Below, one piece after another: positions 50,000 to 58,441 of a stretch of 64,000 nt of DNA (within the stretch, counting starts at the first letter, position 1; every line of letters begins with the position of its first letter). The notes under the pieces are model-generated. The model worked only from the letters and a program-made list of their open reading frames with translations. It was not told the DNA's origin and ran no database searches. Position numbers and translations under genes: made by a program. Source of the DNA: a virus; IMG/VR virus record IMGVR_UViG_3300049793_000099, positions 32,911 to 96,910 of that record, one strand, 5' to 3'.

Positions 50000-51604
50000 T
50001 TATATATAAAATATCACTACTCTGATTTTAAAATCAGCGGGGATTGGTGTGATAGGGTTTGCTATATCCCCAACTGCAGTATATGCCTCCATTATAGTAA
50101 CAGTATCTCCAACTAATACGTGCATCACTGTCGGGGTACTATTATTATATTGAACTCCTATACCTCCATCTCCCTCTGGTGTGTTGACTGTAACAATATC
50201 TCCTATAATAAATCCATTATTAGCTGTAGTACACTCTAAATAGGGTATCGCAGATATGATAGTACTGCCAGATAAAGCTGGAGCTAATGAGTGTTGATAA
50301 TCAAATTGCCATATAGGTAAATATTGTATTAATACTTGTATACCTGCATTAGCATTAACTATGTAAGGATTGGGAGTTGTGCCAGTTCCTGTAATTGTTA
50401 CCCCTGTCCCTGCTGTAACTATCGTTTCTGCTCCCGTTGGTGTTGGTACGGCTATTTGAAATGGTGTTGCTGTTGTTCCGTTACCTGTAACAATAGTATT
50501 TGTTCCATTATTAATTTTAGTTTCCGAACCATCTGGAGTAATACTTGTTAAATATTCTTTCGTTACAATAACTTTTCCCGATGCTGCGGTAATTAAGGCG
50601 TTGGTTACACTAGGTAATTCCGCCAATCCATTCTTTAATATTGTAAATGCATCTGAAAGAGATCCCCCATTAGTACCATTCCCCAAACTAAAAAGTCTGT
50701 CTGTAGATACGTATGTAGTAGGATTTCCACTCGGTGCTGTACCAAACATTCCTATGGATGTTTCACAATAAGCATTAGCGTCATTATTATTACCTCCTGC
50801 ATGAGAATACTTTGCAATAGCCCTAGATTGAAATCCTTCAACATGAGAAATATCACCCGAGGCTGTTGTTTGTTCTCCTTCAGCATGAGAAGATATACCA
50901 CTAGCTAAAGTATTAAGGTTTTGTGCATGAGAGGTATCTCCACTAGCTAAAGTATTAAAACCTTCAGAATGTGATTGTGTCCCACTAGCTTCGGTATCTT
51001 CACCCTCTGCATGAGAAGCATATCCAGAAGCTATTGATTGATAACCTTCTGCATTAGCAAAAGTATTACTTGCTATTGTATCTGCACCTGTGGCTGTACT
51101 ATATGAACCTGAAGCAGTTGTGCTATCCCCAGAAGTAAAACTAGAGGTTCCTCTAGCACCTAAAGTATTTGAAGGTGTGGTGCTTATAGACAAATCCACA
51201 GCATTATCACCAATAGGGCCATAATTAAGAGGATCTCTACCTCTAATAACTATACTAGTTTTACTAGACTCAGTTATTTTTTCTAAAGGTGGGAGAGTCG
51301 GTTCAATTGAGAAAAAATTATATACTTTATTAGAATAATCTATATTAAAAGTTATTATATTGTCAGGATAAATAAAATCACTATCTAATAATCCTGTATT
51401 TTCTTCTCCTGATATTACCTCCTTCCATTCCCATCTACTTCCTTCTTCAATACAGTAAACAACCAATCCTTTTTCATATATAAATGCTAAATTATTATTA
51501 ACACCCAAATTTTTTAAAGATTCTTCATTTTCTTTATATTCTTTTACATTTAATGGAATTTGAGTTTGAACTCTTAAACCTAAAGCTTTATTTGTATAAT
51601 CCAT
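50000..51604 (-). CDS. Tail/head fibre protein with YadA-head-like repeats
   Basis: About eight 14-aa ASGxxSHAEGxxT repeats and two GxGTxxxP[FY] repeats. Confidence 0.75.
   Translation of the reverse strand: MDYTNKALGLRVQTQIPLNVKEYKENEESLKNLGVNNNLAFIYEKGLVVYCIEEGSRWEWKEVISGEENTGLLDSDFIYPDNIITFNIDYSNKVYNFFSIEPTLPPLEKITESSKTSIVIRGRDPLNYGPIGDNAVDLSISTTPSNTLGARGTSSFTSGDSTTASGSYSTATGADTIASNTFANAEGYQSIASGYASHAEGEDTEASGTQSHSEGFNTLASGDTSHAQNLNTLASGISSHAEGEQTTASGDISHVEGFQSRAIAKYSHAGGNNNDANAYCETSIGMFGTAPSGNPTTYVSTDRLFSLGNGTNGGSLSDAFTILKNGLAELPSVTNALITAASGKVIVTKEYLTSITPDGSETKINNGTNTIVTGNGTTATPFQIAVPTPTGAETIVTAGTGVTITGTGTTPNPYIVNANAGIQVLIQYLPIWQFDYQHSLAPALSGSTIISAIPYLECTTANNGFIIGDIVTVNTPEGDGGIGVQYNNSTPTVMHVLVGDTVTIMEAYTAVGDIANPITPIPADFKIRVVIFYI
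50790..51150 (-). repeat. 42-bp-period coding tandem repeats (YadA-head type)
   Basis: For example CCACTAGCTAAAGTATTAA recurs at about 50898 and 50940. Confidence 0.75.
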
Positions 51605-52263
51605 TATGTTTTTTTAATTTTAAAATTCATTATCCCATATGAATATATATTATAACTAATAAATATTCTTGTTTTTAAATCCTCATTGTAAAATGATTCA
51701 AATCCAGTTGTAATATCTGCATTATTATCATCATCATAAATATGATAATTATCATTTAAAGAAATATTATTTAATGCAAAACATATTAATCCTATATCTG
51801 TATAATTTATATCTTTACCTTCTTCAAATACTGATATTGAATCCAAAGATTTAGTTTCTAAATAAGTACCACTTTCAATCAATTCTAAAATATCATCAGA
51901 TATAACACCTAAAGGTTCTTGCCAATAATAAATTTTAGTTATTATTGGTTGTATAGGAATATTATTACAATCTGTTTTTTCAGCTTGTATGAAATTATTT
52001 TTTTTATTTATTTGATATATTTCTTGACAATTATCATTACAAATTATTTTAGAATTATATAAAAGATTACTATATATTTTTAAGAGTTGTTTTATTTCTT
52101 CATCACTTAATATTAAATGAACTTCTTGTAATAAATCATATGTAATAGCTAACAAATATATATCAATTGGATTTATTGATTTACCAATTTTAGCTTTTTT
52201 ATATTCTTTATTTAAAGAACTGATAATTCTAGCATAATGTGATTTTTCATTTATTTGTTGCAT
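51604..52263 (-). CDS. Putative structural (tail hub/adaptor) protein
   Basis: 219 aa, coupled to the fibre gene; crAss-like synteny. Confidence 0.5.
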   Translation of the reverse strand: MQQINEKSHYARIISSLNKEYKKAKIGKSINPIDIYLLAITYDLLQEVHLILSDEEIKQLLKIYSNLLYNSKIICNDNCQEIYQINKKNNFIQAEKTDCNNIPIQPIITKIYYWQEPLGVISDDILELIESGTYLETKSLDSISVFEEGKDINYTDIGLICFALNNISLNDNYHIYDDDNNADITTGFESFYNEDLKTRIFISYNIYSYGIMNFKIKKT

Positions 52264-52270
52264 AGTTTAA

Positions 52271-52852
52271 TTATTGTTGTATAAATTTACTACAAGAACT
52301 GCAGGTAATAGTTTGACAATTTTTACATTTAGATATTGAACAAAGTTTTTTAAGGTTATTTAACATTTCAATTGCTTGTGAATAATAACCCACATCTAAA
52401 GATTTTCCAATAGAATCAATTAATAAACTCACTGTAATTGTTAAATTACTTGTATAAACATTTACAGAATTACAATCTATAGATTTTTCTATATTTAATA
52501 GATAATTTAACATACATTTATAATAAGGTTGTAAATTATAAGTAATTCCTAAAGCAGGATCTTGGCAATTTATACAACCCTCATCTCCTTCATAATCACT
52601 TTCAACTTCAATAAACCAAATATCTATAAAAGAAACTAAATTTAATTCTTCAGCAGTTACTACAAAAACTTCAGTATTGTCAATTTGTTCTAATTTATAA
52701 TTTAAATCAATACTTAAAGAATCATCTTTAAAAGTAGCGATATTCCATAATTTAATTGAAGTTATTGTACTTCCTGTAATAGTTTCTACATTAATTGCAA
52801 GTTGTTGTCCATCATTTAAAATTTCAAAGTTATTTATAATAACTGCTGCCAT
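52271..52852 (-). CDS. Putative structural protein with Cys-rich C-terminus
   Basis: 193 aa ending CSISKCKNCQTITCSSC; crAss-like synteny. Confidence 0.55.
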   Translation of the reverse strand: MAAVIINNFEILNDGQQLAINVETITGSTITSIKLWNIATFKDDSLSIDLNYKLEQIDNTEVFVVTAEELNLVSFIDIWFIEVESDYEGDEGCINCQDPALGITYNLQPYYKCMLNYLLNIEKSIDCNSVNVYTSNLTITVSLLIDSIGKSLDVGYYSQAIEMLNNLKKLCSISKCKNCQTITCSSCSKFIQQ

Positions 52853-52865
52853 ATTTTTTGTATAT

Positions 52866-52907
52866 AAAAAAAGCTGACTGCGTACAAATTAATGTTTACA
52901 ATCAGCC
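52866..52907 (-). terminator. Intrinsic terminator
   Basis: Minus strand GGCTGATTG/CAGTCAGCT stem followed by a T-run. Confidence 0.75.
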
Positions 52908-52933
52908 TTTAAGGTTATTATTTATTTATGTTA

Positions 52934-53941
52934 TTATACTACTGCTAAATCATCTGGTACTGTAGCATAAGTATCAACCGCTGTTCTAATAGAAGCAAGA
53001 ATTGCATTTGTATTAGCATTATTGGCTAATGTATCTGTATCTTTATCTACAGCAATAGTTAAAACTTTATATTGACGTTCTACAGAAGTTTCTGTACGAG
53101 GCATATAATGTTTAATGTGAATAAGGTTATAAACACCTGATCCAGAAGTATATGTTGGTGTTAAATTTCCAAAATTAGCTGGAAAACCATATTCTCTTGA
53201 TGGGTCATATTTAAATCCTTTAAGATCATATTCTGCATTACTAACCCATTTCGCAGTACCAGTACCTGGTTTTGATGCGGTAATTTGAGTAGTTGTTAAA
53301 ACATCAAGATTTGAACTATTGCCATTTGTAGGTACATTTTCAAAAACTTTACCTTTAACAGTAAAACGAAGCTTACGACCATCATCACGACCAACACGAT
53401 TAGGTTGATATTGTTCTGTAATTAAAATTCCAGTACCATCAGCAACTGCTGTAAATTCATCTGCTCCACGATTAGATAAATTTTTATTTAAAGATAGTAA
53501 AACACCATTTCTAATAGTTGTTGCTGTATCAGAACCTATTACTTGACCTGTTACATAATACCCTTGAATAGTTGTAAAGTTTTCAGGAGATAATTGATCT
53601 TCTAATCTAATTTCAACTTCGCATGTTCTTTTAGCTGCTACAACACCTGCTGTATTGAAACCATCTACTTTATAAGAACCTAATACTTCAGCAGAGTAAG
53701 CAGTAACTGTAACTCTTTCTACATATTTAGGATCAACTTTATCCGAGAATTCAAATCCTCCAGGAATAGCATCCGCTTTTTGTAAAACATAGAAAGGTTT
53801 CTTTGCTGCTACATCTGTACCATCTTTAGATAGTACTTTTAATTCTTTATCTGATGCTGAAGCAATAAAGGTAGGTACTGTTGTTTCTGTAGCTACTGCA
53901 TTTCCAATCATCATCTCACCTACTTGATTTGGTGTAAACAT
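52934..53941 (-). CDS. Auxiliary capsid / decoration protein (crAss-like)
   Basis: 335 aa; FTPNQV N-terminus, G.GT...V...E..L.G motif; position downstream of MCP before a terminator. Confidence 0.6.
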   Translation of the reverse strand: MFTPNQVGEMMIGNAVATETTVPTFIASASDKELKVLSKDGTDVAAKKPFYVLQKADAIPGGFEFSDKVDPKYVERVTVTAYSAEVLGSYKVDGFNTAGVVAAKRTCEVEIRLEDQLSPENFTTIQGYYVTGQVIGSDTATTIRNGVLLSLNKNLSNRGADEFTAVADGTGILITEQYQPNRVGRDDGRKLRFTVKGKVFENVPTNGNSSNLDVLTTTQITASKPGTGTAKWVSNAEYDLKGFKYDPSREYGFPANFGNLTPTYTSGSGVYNLIHIKHYMPRTETSVERQYKVLTIAVDKDTDTLANNANTNAILASIRTAVDTYATVPDDLAVV

Positions 53942-53975
53942 AATTTAATTTGTTTTAATTTATAATAATATTTAT

Positions 53976-54722
53976 TTATTCATTTATTTGGCTCATTTGA
54001 GCCTTTACTTGTAAATTTTGAGGTTTATAATCAGTTAATGCAAGCATTACAGCACGATCTAATATCTCTCTACAAATTTCTGTATTTAATTCACAAGGTG
54101 TTTCTGCAAAAACCCCATCAATTGTTAAATTATCTGATGGAAATGCTGTATTTAAATTTGTAATAATAATAGGTTTTGGATATTTAATATATCTAATTTG
54201 ATATTCTAAGGAACCTAATATATTATAAGGAGATATAATTTCAACAACTTTACTATTGTTGACATTAGATAAATCTAATCTCCATGCAATTTTTTCATTT
54301 GGTTTTTCAAATGGATTGTCAATTTGAGTATCATATTCATCATAAGATACTGGTTTAATATTTAATATCTTATTATTATAACAATCTTCTGAAGTTATTT
54401 TAGCTTTTTCATTAACTATTAAAAATAAATCATTTGGTACTATATAAAATTTTGCTTCAGAATCAATATTAGAAGAATTTGATATAACATCAGTTGTTTT
54501 ATAATCTTTAACTAATTGATTTAAATCCCTACGTCTTTTTTCAGTAGTTTCAAAACCTTTTTGTTTACGATTACTTAAAGGATCGTAGTAATTTTTAATA
54601 ATTTCTAATTGAGCAGTAGTTAAATAAACACTTAACTCGTATTCGTCAATTCCTGGAGAGCTCATAGAGGCTATTGCATTATATGCTAAATTGAACTCAT
54701 TTTTGAACTCTAAATTGGTCAT
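53976..54722 (-). CDS. Head-tail ring/adaptor protein (crAss-like)
   Basis: MTN.EF...F...YN, YE.S.YLT.AQ, GFE.TEKRRRDL, Y.IRYIKYP.PII and EILDRAV. Confidence 0.7.
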   Translation of the reverse strand: MTNLEFKNEFNLAYNAIASMSSPGIDEYELSVYLTTAQLEIIKNYYDPLSNRKQKGFETTEKRRRDLNQLVKDYKTTDVISNSSNIDSEAKFYIVPNDLFLIVNEKAKITSEDCYNNKILNIKPVSYDEYDTQIDNPFEKPNEKIAWRLDLSNVNNSKVVEIISPYNILGSLEYQIRYIKYPKPIIITNLNTAFPSDNLTIDGVFAETPCELNTEICREILDRAVMLALTDYKPQNLQVKAQMSQINE

Positions 54723-54724
54723 AT

Positions 54725-55582
54725 TTAATTAATTTTATTAATTTTAGCTTCAATTAAATTTCTTACATCTTGATTTTTTACATTATCTAAATAAGCAATT
54801 GCATTATCAAATGTAGCAACTTCTCCTGAATTACAAAGATCTAAGCCATCTTCTGTTGAATATTTATTTGATTTTTTAAGAATAACTCCTTTATCAATTC
54901 CTGTATTTATTAACATTTTTGTATAAAGAGTTTTATCATTCATTACACTAACAAATTTAACAGCTTCATTATCAATAAATTCTTCAACTTTATGTTGTAA
55001 CCAAGTTAATTTAACTTCTGGTGAAATAGGTTTATTTGTAAGTAATTTAAGAACACTAAGTAATTTACCTTTATCATCTTCAATTTTACCATACATTTTA
55101 AATGCTTCTTTTTTAGCATCGTATTTACCTTTATTTTCTAACATTTCTTCATCTTCTCTACAAATTGCAAATTGATAAGTTTGTTTAGAATTACGGGCAG
55201 CCCAAGTAGGAGAAATTTCACTCTTTAAAGATTCTAAAATTTTAATTGAAATAAAATCCATTGGATTACTTAAATCAAATCTATTATTAGCATCTTCTTT
55301 ATGTAATGTAACTCTAAAAGTAGTCCAAAAATCTTTATACACAGATAAATTTAAACCTGTGATAGATTCTATATATTCTTTTTCTTCATTACTTAGAACA
55401 TTAGCTATTGAACCATTCCTCATAAGAGGTGTGCAAAACTTACGAACAGCTTTAGACATTAAACCACCTGCGATAACATGATTTTTATCTACATTAGCAG
55501 CCATTCCTCTATTTCTATTAATATACCTAACTGTAATTATTTCAGTTGGTAATGTAAAATTACTTTTAATTGTTTTTTCCAT
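54725..55582 (-). CDS. Conserved crAss-like capsid-module protein
   Basis: 285 aa directly after MCP; FW....V.L.K and DLSNP.D motifs. Confidence 0.6.
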   Translation of the reverse strand: MEKTIKSNFTLPTEIITVRYINRNRGMAANVDKNHVIAGGLMSKAVRKFCTPLMRNGSIANVLSNEEKEYIESITGLNLSVYKDFWTTFRVTLHKEDANNRFDLSNPMDFISIKILESLKSEISPTWAARNSKQTYQFAICREDEEMLENKGKYDAKKEAFKMYGKIEDDKGKLLSVLKLLTNKPISPEVKLTWLQHKVEEFIDNEAVKFVSVMNDKTLYTKMLINTGIDKGVILKKSNKYSTEDGLDLCNSGEVATFDNAIAYLDNVKNQDVRNLIEAKINKIN

Positions 55583-55624
55583 TCTTCTTTTTATTTGTCT
55601 TCTTCCGAAAGATTTTTAATTATT

Positions 55625-55650
55625 AAAAAGGGGATTTTTTACACCCCCTT
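55625..55650 (-). terminator. Intrinsic terminator after the major capsid gene
   Basis: Minus strand AAGGGG...CCCCTT followed by a T-run. Confidence 0.65.
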
Positions 55651-55660
55651 ATATTTATTT

Positions 55661-57172
55661 TTAGTTTAATATTGATGGGATCAAAGATGCAGTTCTAGAA
55701 GGATCTTTTACCAATGAACCAACTCCTTCTACAATAGCAGTCATTGTTGCAGAATCTTCCATCAATTGCATTGTTCCACCTCTACGACCTGTATAAGGAT
55801 CTCTAATACCTGCCATATATCCACGTAATTCATCAGAACCTCTAACTTTTACTTTTTGAATATTAGGCTCTTCCATTGAACCGATGTAAAGAATATCATA
55901 TCTGTAAGATTCAGCTACACCACCATCTGGGTGAAGAATTTTATTACGAACTTTATCATCATACATTGGATCAACTTCTAACATTACATGAATGTTATTA
56001 GGTGCTCTGTATTCTGTAAATTGGAATCCTGCACTAAATGCATTATCGTGGAATTTAGATTGAACTTGCTTAATTGCATTTTGATTAGTATTATCAAATC
56101 CTAATGCAGCCCAACCTGAAGCAATTTCTGCTACAGCTCTATGAAATTGAGCAGCCCCTCTCTCACCTGTACGTAACATGAATTTTCTTTCTCCCCAATC
56201 CAATTTACCTTCTGATAATTCAGATAGTAAATCTTCCAACATACGAATAGAGAATCTATTGTAGTAAGTTGTATTAGAAACTTCCATTTGTTCACGAATT
56301 CCTGAACCAGCTTTAATTTCAATATTAGCGTTACCTTTATTCAAAAAACGTCCATTTTCATCACGATTTGTTTTACCAAACATGATTGTTCTAGATTTAA
56401 TACGAGATAAAGCTTTTTCAAATTGCCAGTAAACTTCTTGCATCCAAGTTGTAGAACTATGTACTTTTCCTGTGTTAGGATCTCTTGTTTCAATACCTGC
56501 ATGATATACTGGTTGAATTTTACAATCAATCATTGCACCTGAAACTTTATGTTCCATACGAATTGAAGTAACAGAATTTCTCATTAAGAAAGGAGAAGTA
56601 AATTGAATACCCGCACCTTGAATAGAAAGTTCATCCTCAACAGGAGCACCTTCGATAGAGAATCTATTTCCTGATAAAAATTCGTCTCCAGGGATACCCA
56701 ATAAAGATTCTTGACCACCCCATACTTCACAAGTATAAACATAATTAGAACCTTCTTCATAAGGATCTTCAATAATTCTCATTTGATATGTATCTGGTCT
56801 ATGACCTGCAATCAAATGCATTTTTGTAAACCATTTTTCAGCATATACTAATTCAAATGTTGCTCTACCAGCACCAACACCAACAGTATTAGTGTCTACT
56901 ACAGCTCCATTCCATCTAGCTTCAACTAATGCTATACTACGTTCATCGGAACCAACAACTTTCCATACAAAATCATCTGCAGTAGCTATAATTTTTTCAG
57001 GAAATAAAGATAAAGTTGTATCCAAATTTTTCATTCCTGAATTTTGTAACAATACAGTTGTTAATGGCGAAATTAATTGTGGTTGAGAACCAAACAATTG
57101 AGAGATGTGATTTTTTAAAGTCAGCCCTGACCATGCTTGTGATTTCGTCATCACAAATTTCCCTATACTCAT
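55661..57172 (-). CDS. Major capsid protein (crAss-like)
   Basis: 503 aa; W.GLT..NH, G.GIREQ, TGERG...F and GFQF..Y..PN.I motifs; order portal-scaffold-MCP. Confidence 0.9.
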   Translation of the reverse strand: MSIGKFVMTKSQAWSGLTLKNHISQLFGSQPQLISPLTTVLLQNSGMKNLDTTLSLFPEKIIATADDFVWKVVGSDERSIALVEARWNGAVVDTNTVGVGAGRATFELVYAEKWFTKMHLIAGHRPDTYQMRIIEDPYEEGSNYVYTCEVWGGQESLLGIPGDEFLSGNRFSIEGAPVEDELSIQGAGIQFTSPFLMRNSVTSIRMEHKVSGAMIDCKIQPVYHAGIETRDPNTGKVHSSTTWMQEVYWQFEKALSRIKSRTIMFGKTNRDENGRFLNKGNANIEIKAGSGIREQMEVSNTTYYNRFSIRMLEDLLSELSEGKLDWGERKFMLRTGERGAAQFHRAVAEIASGWAALGFDNTNQNAIKQVQSKFHDNAFSAGFQFTEYRAPNNIHVMLEVDPMYDDKVRNKILHPDGGVAESYRYDILYIGSMEEPNIQKVKVRGSDELRGYMAGIRDPYTGRRGGTMQLMEDSATMTAIVEGVGSLVKDPSRTASLIPSILN

Positions 57173-57243
57173 ATTTATTTATTTGTTTTTATAGTTACTT
57201 GTTAATTACAGATATTTAACGTAACTTTTAAATATCCGTTTTA

Positions 57244-58326
57244 TTATATATTTAACACATGTCCAGAAAAATTACTGTATGTATTTTCATCCTGTGCCCA
57301 TAATGGTGTACCATTATCTTTTAATTTTGTTTTACGTGCAATTTGTTCTAAATCTTTTACAGCACTTGATTTAGCATTTGTTGAAATTTTACTTAAATCT
57401 TTAAAACCATTTGTAAGTTCATAAAAATGATACATTCTAATTTCAAACTCTAATGGATTTTCTCTTCGTTCTTTCATAAATTTATTTTCAAAAGTACCAT
57501 CTGGAGATTTACCAACAATATCATTAATTGATCTATAAACTTTATCTTGTAATGATTTATTAGGTTTTAAACCTGAGATTAAATCTTTAGATTCATAAAT
57601 GGTTTTTTTCATTTGTTCGTCTAATTTAACTTGTTCAATTTTCTCAGTTTCTAATTTTTCTTTATAAGAGTTAGTTTCTTTTTCAATTTCACGACTTTTA
57701 AATTCTTTAAGGCTTTGTAATGATTCTTCAGCATCTTCTAAAATAGCATCTTCTCCTAAATCAATTAAACGATTTAACATACGATTAGCTTTTTTTTCAT
57801 CTAAACCTTGATTAAGATAATCATCATAAATTATACGTTTAGCTAAATCAATATCATTTTTTAATAAATCTATATTGATAGAATTAAGATCTTGAATATC
57901 TTTTTTAGCAATTCCTATTTTATTTAAATCTAAATTTGCTAAATAATTATTTAACCTTAATTCTGCTTGAACATCTAATTCTTTATTAAAAACATTTGCA
58001 AAATCATCAGCAGATTTAATATCTTTTAAATCGATGTCTAGAGAAGGTAGCAAACCTTGTTCGTGAACAAAGGCGGCTAAAGAAGAATATAAGTTGGAAG
58101 AAGACTCACCACCTTCACCACCTTCATCTTCAACATCTTCCTCGTCTACTTCCTCTGAACTATCGTCCTCAACGTGGTTATTATTTTCTAATGTAATATC
58201 TTCTACATCTGTATTATTATCATTTTCTTCTTTATCAGTATGATCATTTTCAGGTACTGCAAAATTGAAATTCAATTCTTGGTTACCTTCAAATAAACCC
58301 ATACCTAATTCATTATCGTCTTCCAT
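57244..58326 (-). CDS. Scaffolding-like protein
   Basis: Highly acidic N-terminus and helical body, between portal and MCP. Confidence 0.65.
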   Translation of the reverse strand: MEDDNELGMGLFEGNQELNFNFAVPENDHTDKEENDNNTDVEDITLENNNHVEDDSSEEVDEEDVEDEGGEGGESSSNLYSSLAAFVHEQGLLPSLDIDLKDIKSADDFANVFNKELDVQAELRLNNYLANLDLNKIGIAKKDIQDLNSINIDLLKNDIDLAKRIIYDDYLNQGLDEKKANRMLNRLIDLGEDAILEDAEESLQSLKEFKSREIEKETNSYKEKLETEKIEQVKLDEQMKKTIYESKDLISGLKPNKSLQDKVYRSINDIVGKSPDGTFENKFMKERRENPLEFEIRMYHFYELTNGFKDLSKISTNAKSSAVKDLEQIARKTKLKDNGTPLWAQDENTYSNFSGHVLNI

Positions 58327-58364
58327 TCGATTATTTATTATTGTTATGTTTTATTCTAAGTTTG

Positions 58365-58396
58365 CAAATATACAAAATCGTAAGACGAAATGCAAC
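58365..58396 (-). promoter_or_regulatory. Bacteroidota sigma-A-type promoter for scaffold/MCP
   Basis: Minus strand GTTG-N20-TATATTTG, about 40 nt before the ATG at 58326. Confidence 0.6.
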
Positions 58397-58441
58397 TAAA
58401 AATTACAGTATTCTTAGTTGACTAAATTTCGCCCATAGCGT

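Noticed and set aside
50790-51150. CRISPR-like array suggested by regularly spaced repeats
   Set aside because: The repeats are degenerate, in frame (42-bp period) and encode protein repeats; no cas genes.
42980-51604. Diversity-generating retroelement or invertible fibre cassette
   Set aside because: No reverse transcriptase or recombinase in the window, and no template/variable repeat pair or flanking inverted repeats were seen by eye.
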